43,878 bases of DNA from Bacteroides sp. (GTDB lineage: Bacteria > Bacteroidota > Bacteroidia > Bacteroidales > Bacteroidaceae): the NCBI GenBank assembly GCA_030523205.1, contig JAUNJD010000002.1, positions 1 through 43,878 of the forward strand. Reading direction: 5' to 3'. The notes beneath the pieces are model-generated. The model saw nothing but the letters and a program-made list of their open reading frames with translations, did not search any database and had not been told where the DNA came from. Below, one piece after another: positions 35,772 to 43,878 of the stretch; the first letter of the stretch is position 1; every line of letters starts with the position of its first letter. The position numbers and the translations under genes are program-made.

Positions 35772-36617
35772 ATGAAGTATTACGTATTATTAGCGTTGGC
35801 CATTGCGGCTATGACGGTTATGGTTGCCTGTGGCTCGAAAAAGCAGAACAGCGAAAAGGAGGTTGCCACCTCTCCGAAGTATTTGGTGCTTTACTACTCT
35901 CAGACGGGAACGACGAAGGCGGTTGCCGAAGAGTTGCAGCGGAAACTGGGTGCCGACATAGAAAGCATTGAGGCGGTAGAGCCATATAGCGGTACTTATG
36001 AACAGACGATAGAACGGAGCAAGAATGAACGTGAAACAGGGGTTACTCCTAAAGTGAATCCGTTGAAGTCTAACCTTGATGAATATGATGTGATATTCTT
36101 GGGCTATCCTGTATGGTTCGGTACGTATGCCCTTCCTATTGCCGGATTGATTAAGGATTGTGACTTCGCAGGGAAGAAGATTGTTCCCTTCTGCACTTTT
36201 GGCAGTGGCGGATTGGATGCCTCGGTGAAGGACCTGAAGGCTGCACTGCCGAAGGCCGACATCCTCAGCGGTTATGGAGTGCGGACGGCACGTTTGGCTG
36301 CCATGCCCAAAGAAGTGGACCGTTTCCTGAAGGAAAATAAGTATGTGGAAGGCGAAGTAGAGGCATTGCCCGACTACTCGGCACAGCAACCCGTGACAGA
36401 GGAGGAGAAAACCATCTTCGATGCCGCTTGCAGCAGCTATAAGTATCCGCTCGGTACGCCCGTCACTGTGGGTAAGCGCGTTACCGCCGACGGGACCGAC
36501 TACCTGTATGTCGTAAAAAGCAAGAATCCTGCCGGTGAGGAAGCTACTTGCACGATATATGTTACCGTTGGTAATGAGCAGGACGCCAAACCTGAGTTTA
36601 CGCAGGTGGTTAGATAA
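35772..36617 (+). CDS. Lipoprotein flavodoxin with C-terminal extension
   Basis: Lipobox MVA-C; FMN loop YYSQTGTTK; GYPVWFG; FCTFGSGG; extra ~90-aa C-terminal domain. Confidence 0.88.
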   Translation: MKYYVLLALAIAAMTVMVACGSKKQNSEKEVATSPKYLVLYYSQTGTTKAVAEELQRKLGADIESIEAVEPYSGTYEQTIERSKNERETGVTPKVNPLKSNLDEYDVIFLGYPVWFGTYALPIAGLIKDCDFAGKKIVPFCTFGSGGLDASVKDLKAALPKADILSGYGVRTARLAAMPKEVDRFLKENKYVEGEVEALPDYSAQQPVTEEEKTIFDAACSSYKYPLGTPVTVGKRVTADGTDYLYVVKSKNPAGEEATCTIYVTVGNEQDAKPEFTQVVR

Positions 36618-36645
36618 AGGTTTCCTTTTAGGCATTTCCGGCCAT

Positions 36646-38517
36646 TCAGCGTTTCCCGTACAGTTTGTCTATCAGGTCGGCCCGACCGATTCGTTTAAGT
36701 TCGCTGATGATGTTTCGGCGTTCTTCGGGCTTATACCAGAAGAAGAACTGACGTTGTGCCAGTTTCTCACGGGCTGTACGGGCACTGAATACCGGTTCGA
36801 GGGTGTAAGGATGAAACCCTGTGTACCATGCTTCGGTGGATACGGTCATCGGGGTAGGGGTGAAGTCCTGCACCTGCTCCAAGTGGAAATCCATACGTTT
36901 GGTGAGGACGGCCAGTTCGGCCATGTCTTCTTCGCGGCATCCCGGATGACTGGATATGAAGTAGGGGATGAGTTGCTGCCTCAGTCCTTCTTCGTGGTTG
37001 ATGCGGTCGAATATCTTCTTGAATTCGCCAAACTGGCTGAACGAAGGTTTGCGCATGATGCTGAGCACACGGTCGGAAGTGTGCTCAGGTGCTACCTTCA
37101 GTCGGCCGCTGACGTGGCGGGCAATCAGTTCGCGGGTGTACTCCTGCGTGTTGCGGTTGATGTTCGGGTCCTTGCTCTGATGTAGCAACAGGTCGTAGCG
37201 TACGCCGCTGCCGATGAATGATTTCTTGATGCCCGGCAAACTATCGACGGCATGATAGATGTCGAGCAGCGGACCGTGGTCGGTATTCAGGTTGGGGCAT
37301 ACGTTGGGATGGATGCACGAGGGACGTTTACACCTCTTGCAGGCTTCCAGGTTATTGCCGTGCATACGGTACATATTGGCACTGGGACCACCCAAGTCGC
37401 TCAGATATCCCTTGAAGTCGGGCAATTCCATGACGGCTTTTACCTCTTTCAATATGCTCTCCTTGCTGCGGCTCATGATGAACTTCCCTTGATGAGCCGA
37501 GATTGTACAGAAGGCGCAACCTCCGAAGCATCCACGATGGATGTTGACCGAGAACTTTATCATGTCGTAGGCCGGGATGCGTTTGCCTTTATACTTGGGA
37601 TGTGGCAGACGTGTATAGGGCAGGTCGAACGAGTGGTCCAGTTCAGCCTCGGTCAGTGGAGGATAAGGTGGATTGACCACCACGGTTTGCTTGCCCACCC
37701 GTTGTAAGATGCGCGAAGCTGCATATTTATTGCTCTCTTCTTCGATGTGTCGGAAGTTGGCGGCTTGTTTCTTCTTGTCCTTCAGGCATTCCTCGTGTGC
37801 GAAAAGCTGAATGTCGTCTTCGTGTGGCGTGACTTCTTTTGCAAGATATACCATCTGAGGAATGTCGGCTATCAGCTGCTTGAAGTCTGCGGCAGAAAGG
37901 TGCGTTTCGGTGCTTGCTTCCGTAGTGGTAGTCTCGGCCAAACATCTCTTCAGTCGGTTGGCCAATTCTACTATGGGCTTTTCTCCCATGCCGTATATCA
38001 ATGAGTCGGCACCGCTATCCACCAATATGCTGGGGCGTACGCGGTCTTGCCAATAGTCGTAATGCGTCAGCCGACGCATACTGGCCTCGATGCCTCCCAG
38101 CACAACGGGAACATCGGGAAATATCTTCTTCAGAATTTGGGTATATACGATGGTGGGGTATTCGGGACGCATATCCGGACGGGCATCCGGTGTATAGGCA
38201 TCATCGCTCCGCAGTCGTTTGTTGGCCGTATATTTGTTGACCATGCTGTCCATGCATCCGGGGCTGATGCCGAAGAAGAGCCGTGGGCGTCCCAATTTCT
38301 TGAAGTCCCTTAGGTCGTCTCTCCAGTTGGGTTGGGGCACGATGGCTATGCGCAGTCCTTCTGCTTCGAGGATGCGTCCGATGACGGCTGCCCCGAATGA
38401 CGGATGATCCACGTATGCGTCTCCGCTAAAGATAATGACATCCAATTCATCCCACCCGCGAAGCTCTACTTCTTTCTTGGTCGTGGGCAACCAATCTGTC
38501 AGCCGATATTCTTTCAT
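36646..38517 (-). CDS. ygiQ: YgiQ (UPF0313) family radical SAM protein
   Basis: Start reassigned to 38517 (MKEYRLTDWLP). GDAYVDHPSFG, GGIEASMRR, RGCFGGCAFC (CxxxCxxC), DLGGPSANMY, APEH, QVQDFTPTP. Confidence 0.95.
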   Translation of the reverse strand: MKEYRLTDWLPTTKKEVELRGWDELDVIIFSGDAYVDHPSFGAAVIGRILEAEGLRIAIVPQPNWRDDLRDFKKLGRPRLFFGISPGCMDSMVNKYTANKRLRSDDAYTPDARPDMRPEYPTIVYTQILKKIFPDVPVVLGGIEASMRRLTHYDYWQDRVRPSILVDSGADSLIYGMGEKPIVELANRLKRCLAETTTTEASTETHLSAADFKQLIADIPQMVYLAKEVTPHEDDIQLFAHEECLKDKKKQAANFRHIEEESNKYAASRILQRVGKQTVVVNPPYPPLTEAELDHSFDLPYTRLPHPKYKGKRIPAYDMIKFSVNIHRGCFGGCAFCTISAHQGKFIMSRSKESILKEVKAVMELPDFKGYLSDLGGPSANMYRMHGNNLEACKRCKRPSCIHPNVCPNLNTDHGPLLDIYHAVDSLPGIKKSFIGSGVRYDLLLHQSKDPNINRNTQEYTRELIARHVSGRLKVAPEHTSDRVLSIMRKPSFSQFGEFKKIFDRINHEEGLRQQLIPYFISSHPGCREEDMAELAVLTKRMDFHLEQVQDFTPTPMTVSTEAWYTGFHPYTLEPVFSARTAREKLAQRQFFFWYKPEERRNIISELKRIGRADLIDKLYGKR

Positions 38518-38536
38518 TATGCAGTGATACCGCTTT

Positions 38537-38749
38537 TCACACCACAAACTGCACACGCATCTGTTCGCCTTCGTAAATCTCGCGGAAGCCTATCTTCTGT
38601 TCGGCAAGATACTCTTTCAGGTCGTTGAAGGCTGCGGCATCATCCATGATGATTTCCAGTTTTTCTCCCTTGGAAGCCTCGCACAGAGCCTTTACGGCGG
38701 GTATCAGGGGGCTATAATGTTGTTGCCCGCACGTATTGATGGTTCTCAT
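38537..38749 (-). CDS. TusA/SirA-like small protein
   Basis: Start 38749 (MRTINTCG); TusA-like pattern NTCG...PLIPAVKAL...GEKLEIIMDD...DLKEYL; ATGA overlap with the upstream gene. Confidence 0.75.
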   Translation of the reverse strand: MRTINTCGQQHYSPLIPAVKALCEASKGEKLEIIMDDAAAFNDLKEYLAEQKIGFREIYEGEQMRVQFVV

Positions 38750-39051
38750 TTCTCGTCTTCCTCCGAAAGCCATGTCAGATATAGCTTGATGAGCTGCTGC
38801 AGGCCGAATGCTTTCATGTTGTTGTGGTAAATGACGTCGATGCAGAGGTCGAGCAGGTCTTTGCTGTTCTCTTCCTGAGCTGCGATGAGGGAGCGGATGT
38901 TCAGTTTCAGTTTGTCGAGCACGGTCTCGTCAACTATGCCATTGCTGTCGATGAGGTGACGGAAAAGCCCGTATCTTTCAATGGTTTCCAGATTCTCTTT
39001 CGAGACTTCTATGCTGCGTGTTCCGCTAGGGTTCGCTTGTATTGTGTACAT
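38746..39051 (-). CDS. Conserved hypothetical protein (Bacteroidales)
   Basis: 101-aa ORF with protein-like composition, coupled to the downstream gene and preceded by a -7 element. Confidence 0.8.
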   Translation of the reverse strand: MYTIQANPSGTRSIEVSKENLETIERYGLFRHLIDSNGIVDETVLDKLKLNIRSLIAAQEENSKDLLDLCIDVIYHNNMKAFGLQQLIKLYLTWLSEEDEK

Positions 39052-39093
39052 AATCGTTCTATATTTTTAGTAAGATGATAGATTCGTTTCGGG

Positions 39094-39101
39094 CAAAGAT
39101 A
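39094..39101 (-). promoter_or_regulatory. -7 promoter element TATCTTTG for the hypothetical-tusA-ygiQ operon
   Basis: CAAAGATA on the plus strand, about 43 nt upstream of the start at 39051. Confidence 0.6.
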
Positions 39102-39117
39102 ATTCTTTTCTTTCAAA

Positions 39118-39145
39118 TTATGAATTAAGGATTATGAATTTTGAG
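39118..39145. repeat. Degenerate heptamer tandem repeat (TTATGAA x4)
   Basis: TTATGAA TTAAGGA TTATGAA TTTTGAG. Confidence 0.45.
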
Positions 39146-39155
39146 TGAGGAACGG

Positions 39156-42080
39156 TTAATTGCTGAAGAATCGCAGGATGGAAGCCATGATGGCCGTCCG
39201 GTCTGCTTCCTCACCAATGCTTTCGAAGGGGAACCCCATAACGAACGTACGGTAGTCCGTGCCTCGGTAAGCAATGGCCGAAGAGGCTTGTCCGTCGGTA
39301 TAGAGCATGGACGAGAAAGCCGGTGATACGGGCATCAGACAGTCGGCCGAACTAACCATGTAGATCTGTTCGTTGGGCTGCTGCGGCAGGTTGAACGAGC
39401 GTCCCAATCCCTGTACGGACAGCTGGGCGGTGGAAGCTTGCAGGCTGCCTTCGTAGCGATACTTCAGTACATCCTGTGTGAACTGCCTTTCGGCTTGCGT
39501 ACCATTCATGTCGCTGCCCACGTAGGCACCGCTGACCAGCAGATTTCCTCCGGACCGGCAATAGGAAGTCAGTAGTTGCTGCATGGTCGGTGAGAACGTT
39601 TTGTAGTGTGTGTTTCGTGCCGGATTGTCGGAATTGTCATCTTTCTCCAGGCCAAGAATACAGTCCACTATCGGATAGGCTTCCAGCGAGATGTGTCCGC
39701 TTTCTACGGCTTCATTGCTGCATGATACGAAGCTATATCGGCCTGCTGCCTGTATGGCCTTGCCGTGGACGAAAGGATAGTCGAACGTATTGCCCGCTAT
39801 CTTCATACCTTCCAGCTCGTTGCCGCTTTCGCCCAGTGTCTTGCCTATGTTTTTCCGATTGAAATCGTGCTGATAGCCGCAGAACGAGAGGTCGTACAGA
39901 TAGGGTACGCCGATGTCTTGTCTCAGGTCAAAGCCCGACAGTTCAGTTGTATTGACTACGGCCGGTCCGCTGAGACGGTCGAACCCATTGATGATAAGCA
40001 CCCGGCTCTGTTCGCGCTTAGCTTTGTAGGCCGACAGCACTTCGGACGGAAAGCTCTCACCGCCTCGGTTGACGGCTGTTACTTTGAAGGAGTATAGGAT
40101 GCCCGGCTCTATCTTCAGTGTGTGAGACGTGCTGCTGACGCGGGTGCCGTTGTCAAATCCACCGCGCCCAATGCGTGTATATACGATGTATTCCCTTGGT
40201 TTGGCAGTAGGTTCCTGTGGATCGTCCGTGGCCTGCCAAGACAATTGCAGCGTATTTTTTTTCTTGCCGAATTCAATGGCAAAGTGGCTGACGGGTAACG
40301 GTTGCACCACGCAGTCTTGTCCGTGCTGATTGCATAGGAAGCGGAGGATGGACTTGTACAGCGAGCGTCCTACGGTGAACTTGAAGTTGGGGTCGTGTCC
40401 CAGCTGCATATCTGCAAAGTTCTGGTGCGACAGGAGTTCCACGATGGTCGAAGGCACGGCTGGTAGGCGGGTCTCGCTGTAATTGCGGTCCCACATACTG
40501 CGTCGGGTCCAGTTGATGCTGAATGTTGAGTTGATGTCGCGTTGCAATTGCGTCAGCGCGATGTCGGCAAGGTCGCGCGAGGCATGACGTTCGGTGCCGG
40601 CCGACAGCCATCCGTTGTTGAAGGCGGTGGTATAGATGCCCAAGGTACCTACGATGTGGTCTTCTTCGCTGAATCCGGCATCACTGTGCAGGGCCAGGCT
40701 CATTTCGAAGGGGATGCCCAGTCCCTTGTCCGAAGGGTTGAACACCGAACCGCCCGACAGATAGTTGAGGGTACGCGAACGGGCATTGATGTCGTCGGCA
40801 TAGTCGTTGTCGCCTTCCGGACGGCCATACACCTCCAAAGGCATACCGGCCCAATGGGACGAATACCGAGCACCCTCCAGGTAGCGTGGAAGGCCGCTGG
40901 TTTGTCCGTTGCGTGCCATGTTGCCCATGCCCCCGCCAAAGCGTACGGCATCGGCGCACACCACACCTTTCTCCTTGCTTTCATTGCTCAGCACCACCAT
41001 GCAATGGTCGTTCCGTCCTTTGTCAAACGAGAATGTGCCCAGATAGACCCATGTGCCGCCGCCTATCTGTTGATTCACCTTAAATTCCGTCACACCTCCG
41101 TTGTGGAATACCATGTATTTGGCATCGCTGACACTTTGGGGAGATGTCTGATAGGATACATAGACGGCATATTCTCCGGCCTCGGGCAGATAGGGCACCC
41201 ACTCGGCAAAGGCCTTGTCCTTCTTCTTTTCGGTGGGGGCAAAGCGGGCACTCCCCTCAAGGAACGGATTCTCACCGTCTTGGTACGTGCGCTTCTTCCA
41301 GGCAAAACCGGGCTGGTCGGTCTGCTCCCAGCGGGCCTTTCGGCTCCTAACGTCCAGATAGAGTGAACCGTTGCTGCCCTGTGCCTCCGGTGTGCCGTCG
41401 TTGTCTACAATGACTTCCTGTCGCTGAGTGTCGCGTTCGCGCGGAGTGAATACGTAGGCCCCTGCATTCTCCAGCATCGGGATGAGGTAGGGTAGTACGA
41501 ACGATTGTGTAAACTGGTCTTCGCTGGTGCAGAACAATCGCGGGCGTTGCCAGCCCCATTCCCCTTTTTTGTTGATGTAATACTTGCCATGACTTTGCCA
41601 AAGGGCAATGTGTCGTCCTTCCAGTCCGCGCGTCACCTCGTAGGGGCGTGATGCACGCTTCACCCACGGTGCACCGTTGTAGTCCAGCTTGCCGAACAGA
41701 CGGGCTTCGGCTTTCTTCCCTTTCCGATAGAGGTTGGGCACCAGCTCCTCGATGCTTTTCCCGTCGGCATATACCGTTAGATCGAAATAGTTGACGGGAC
41801 CCGGCAGTATTTGTTTCAGATACCTATATATACCCTCCACGGTCTCCGTCCGCAGCGGCTGATAGGCAAAACGGTCGCTGGCATAGATGGCCATCTTTTT
41901 CTTCTTAAAGTCGATGCGGAAGCTGTCCAACTTGCATTTCCCGATGTCGATGGATTGCGTGGTATAATCGTGGAAAAAAGTCTGCAAGCGCTCCTCCACA
42001 TTCTGTTCGATGTCTTGTGCATGAACCTTTCCCGTCCATGCGATAACGATTGCTATAAAGAGGCAGAAAAATCTTTTCAT
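39156..42080 (-). CDS. Secreted multidomain protein: Amidase_3-like (N-acetylmuramoyl-L-alanine amidase) domain with inserted golvesin/xanthan-lyase-type CBM, Fn3 and C-terminal domain
   Basis: SPI signal; HIALWQSHG, TSED, LENAGAYVFTPRE, LALHSDAG, STIVELLSH; CBM motif AGEYAVYVSY...VNQQIGGGTWVYLGTFSF...ADAVRF; Fn3 YSFKVTAVNRGGESFPS. Confidence 0.82.
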   Translation of the reverse strand: MKRFFCLFIAIVIAWTGKVHAQDIEQNVEERLQTFFHDYTTQSIDIGKCKLDSFRIDFKKKKMAIYASDRFAYQPLRTETVEGIYRYLKQILPGPVNYFDLTVYADGKSIEELVPNLYRKGKKAEARLFGKLDYNGAPWVKRASRPYEVTRGLEGRHIALWQSHGKYYINKKGEWGWQRPRLFCTSEDQFTQSFVLPYLIPMLENAGAYVFTPRERDTQRQEVIVDNDGTPEAQGSNGSLYLDVRSRKARWEQTDQPGFAWKKRTYQDGENPFLEGSARFAPTEKKKDKAFAEWVPYLPEAGEYAVYVSYQTSPQSVSDAKYMVFHNGGVTEFKVNQQIGGGTWVYLGTFSFDKGRNDHCMVVLSNESKEKGVVCADAVRFGGGMGNMARNGQTSGLPRYLEGARYSSHWAGMPLEVYGRPEGDNDYADDINARSRTLNYLSGGSVFNPSDKGLGIPFEMSLALHSDAGFSEEDHIVGTLGIYTTAFNNGWLSAGTERHASRDLADIALTQLQRDINSTFSINWTRRSMWDRNYSETRLPAVPSTIVELLSHQNFADMQLGHDPNFKFTVGRSLYKSILRFLCNQHGQDCVVQPLPVSHFAIEFGKKKNTLQLSWQATDDPQEPTAKPREYIVYTRIGRGGFDNGTRVSSTSHTLKIEPGILYSFKVTAVNRGGESFPSEVLSAYKAKREQSRVLIINGFDRLSGPAVVNTTELSGFDLRQDIGVPYLYDLSFCGYQHDFNRKNIGKTLGESGNELEGMKIAGNTFDYPFVHGKAIQAAGRYSFVSCSNEAVESGHISLEAYPIVDCILGLEKDDNSDNPARNTHYKTFSPTMQQLLTSYCRSGGNLLVSGAYVGSDMNGTQAERQFTQDVLKYRYEGSLQASTAQLSVQGLGRSFNLPQQPNEQIYMVSSADCLMPVSPAFSSMLYTDGQASSAIAYRGTDYRTFVMGFPFESIGEEADRTAIMASILRFFSN

Positions 42081-42105
42081 GAGTGATGTGTTATGGAAAT
42101 ATGGG

Positions 42106-42186
42106 GCAAAGATAATGCAAATCGAATGCAGAATCTCATGCTTGCATGAAAGATTGTGCTGAGATGCGGCTTATCTTTATGCAAAG
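42106..42186. repeat. ~75-bp imperfect hairpin element bounded by GCAAAG direct repeats; contains the -7 element (TATCTTTG, minus strand) upstream of the amidase gene
   Basis: AAAGATAA (42108-15) pairs with TTATCTTT (42171-78); AATCT with AGATT; TCATGC-TT-GCATGA core. GCAAAG at 42106 and 42181. Confidence 0.65.
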
Positions 42187-42235
42187 GTTATTAAAATTAG
42201 GAGTCTGCCTCCATAAAATGTCTGTTTGGTAGCGT

Positions 42236-43384
42236 TTAGTCGGAAGTCGATGTGGAAGCCTTGTCGAAGCAGGACAAATCCCATTCGTCGTACCAGCGGA
42301 GGATGAAACGATTGTTTTCGAACTCCACCGGTAGCCAGATGTAGCGTCCGTCGATAGCATCTTTCGGTCTCCAGCGGTCGCCCATGTAGATGATGGCATT
42401 CTGCTTTCCGGCTACGGGCAGGAAGAAGGTGCTTTGCGAATGGTAGGTGGTCTCCTTGTCGTCATCCACGCAAGGATTACCCAACTCGGTCCATGGCCCC
42501 CAGATGGAAGGTGCTACGGCAGAGCGAGCAGGATTGGGTGCCCAGCCGGTGCAGTCGGATCCCATGAAGTAGTACAGACCATCCTTTTTGAAGACCGCAG
42601 GAGCCTCCATGCGACGACCTGCGAAGGCACGGACATACTTGCCCGTGAAGTCGAGGAAGTCATCGGTCAGTTCGGCAATGTGAATGGTGCTGTTCGATTC
42701 GGACGAGCAGATGTGGTACGCCTTGCCGTCATCGTCGAGGAAGAGGGTCATGTCGCGCGAGTGCTGTCCCTTCTCGAAGTCGCGTCCGAGGGTGTTCACG
42801 GAGTCTGGATGCTCGGTGGGTTGCAGGTTGGAGCGTTCGGCGCGGTAGGCTTCGGCCACCGGTTGCTTGTGCAAGGGGAGCACATTGACGGGCCATGTCC
42901 GCGGTGTGGAACGGGTGGAACGCAGATAAGTGTAGGGGCCGGTCACCTTGTCGGCTTGCGCAATGCCTATCAGTGCGCCGCCATATCCTTTGCCCTTAGG
43001 CTCCAAGTGAAACCACATGACGAATTTCTTGGTCTTTGCGCAATACAGCACCTTGGGACGCTCCAGTATGCAACCCTTGGTGATATCCGACGTAGGGTCA
43101 TCGCTGACGGCCAAGGCAATGCCACGGTCAGTCCAGTTGTAGAGATCGGTGGACGAGTAGCAGTGCACACCCACTTGCGCACGGTTTCCCGCATCGCCTG
43201 CCACCTTGTGTTCGCCAAACCAGTAGTACGTACCTTCGTGGTAGAGTACCCCGCCACCATGAGCGTTGATGTGTACATCGTTGTTGTCCTTCCACAGCTC
43301 ACCGGGCTTGAAGGAGGGCTTGTCTTGAGCCATGGCACAGGAGACGCTGCATAGCATGGCAATCAGTAGCAATTTAATCTTCAT
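42236..43384 (-). CDS. GH43 subfamily 24-like exo-beta-1,3-galactanase, secreted (SPI)
   Basis: Start reassigned to 43384 (MKIKLLL...AMA-Q). INAHGGG, ILERPKV, SRDMTLF, MEAPAVF, CTGWAPN, YHSQST, DRW...RYIWLP. Confidence 0.92.
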   Translation of the reverse strand: MKIKLLLIAMLCSVSCAMAQDKPSFKPGELWKDNNDVHINAHGGGVLYHEGTYYWFGEHKVAGDAGNRAQVGVHCYSSTDLYNWTDRGIALAVSDDPTSDITKGCILERPKVLYCAKTKKFVMWFHLEPKGKGYGGALIGIAQADKVTGPYTYLRSTRSTPRTWPVNVLPLHKQPVAEAYRAERSNLQPTEHPDSVNTLGRDFEKGQHSRDMTLFLDDDGKAYHICSSESNSTIHIAELTDDFLDFTGKYVRAFAGRRMEAPAVFKKDGLYYFMGSDCTGWAPNPARSAVAPSIWGPWTELGNPCVDDDKETTYHSQSTFFLPVAGKQNAIIYMGDRWRPKDAIDGRYIWLPVEFENNRFILRWYDEWDLSCFDKASTSTSD

Positions 43385-43610
43385 ACGTTTCTGTTTTTTA
43401 GGTTTCGATATAAGGTTTATACGGACGAAGTTGAGAAGATACTTAGTGCGAATTGAAGAAAAAAACGGTGTACGCAAAATGTATATATAATAAGGAATAT
43501 AGTAAGATGTGTCCGGAAATTCATGATATACCTGAATGTATATTTTGATGGTGTTAGGACTATTTTTTTAGACAGATTGTAGATAATAATAAAGGTGTTG
43601 AACAAAAAAA

Positions 43611-43831
43611 TACTTCTCTTCGTAAGAGAAGTATTTTCGGGGGCAAATGTATGCAAATTATTGAAAATAAAGAAATAAAAACAGATGTTTTTTTGTTTTT
43701 ATCTAACTATTGGTTGCTTTTGATGAACATCTGTTGTTCAAATGTTACAATTGAATTAATTAAACTAACGTGGTTGTCAGCTACTTATGTTTGTTTTTTA
43801 CATACCTGTACTTCTCTTACGAAGAGAAATA
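43611..43831. other. Candidate invertible promoter segment: 23-bp inverted repeats flanking a -7 promoter element
   Basis: TACTTCTCTTCGTAAGAGAAGTA (43611-43633) and TACTTCTCTTACGAAGAGAAATA (43809-43831) are reverse complements at 22/23 positions. TACATTTG (minus, 43651-43644) lies inside and points toward the GH43 gene. Confidence 0.7.
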
Positions 43832-43878
43832 CCGTAAAAGAAGATGTAAATGCATCTATTTCAGCTTCTTCCGTTATG

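Noticed and set aside
35790-36635. 281-aa antisense ORF over the flavodoxin gene
   Set aside because: Shadow of a well-supported gene, with no motifs; typical of codon-bias mirror frames.
40542-43354. Long plus-strand ORFs (40542-41366, 42434-43354)
   Set aside because: Antisense shadows of the amidase and GH43 genes in GC-rich DNA; no recognisable domains.
8256-43477. ORF-track start positions for several genes (8256, 27467, 32514, 34428, 38556, 38773, 43477)
   Set aside because: The upstream extensions overlap neighbouring genes or precede the signal peptide; downstream ATGs give better N-termini and were used instead.
1-43878. CRISPR arrays, tRNA/rRNA genes, transposases, integrases, phage genes
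   Set aside because: No regularly spaced repeat-spacer arrays, RNA gene signatures or recombinase/transposase motifs were seen.

Overview
Bacteroidales (Bacteroides/Prevotella-like) chromosomal window. From 1 to ~29.9 kb is a large polysaccharide-utilisation-type locus. It has a 5'-truncated hybrid two-component regulator (HTCS), two tandem SusC/SusD pairs, and eight very acidic or degenerate accessory lipoproteins (2 fasciclin, DUF5007-like, DUF5008-like propeller, 2 alkaline-phosphatase-fold/LamG, an M60-like protein with no HExxH, and a degenerate GH105). These are followed by a multidomain GH43_24-like enzyme and a GH105-GH154(DUF2264) fusion. The intact enzymes point to arabinogalactan-protein-type beta-galactan/glucuronide substrates. 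On the minus strand (30.5-34.4 kb) is an unusual exbB-exbD-exbD-X operon. Its ExbB carries an extra periplasmic domain, and the TonB position is held by a membrane-anchored protein with a PA14-like domain. An 18-bp motif (TGAACGA-N7-ACCT, in tandem at 20-21 bp period) occurs upstream of susC1, upstream of exbB, and upstream of a ~300-nt promoter-to-terminator unit with no long ORF (candidate sRNA). This suggests one regulon of transporter, dedicated non-canonical energiser and sRNA. The right end is more GC-rich and holds GH43_24, a lipoprotein flavodoxin, YgiQ radical SAM, a TusA-like protein, a hypothetical protein, an amidase/CBM/Fn3 protein and a third GH43_24 whose promoter sits between 23-bp inverted repeats (candidate invertible promoter). 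All family calls come from motif recognition by eye; no searches were run.
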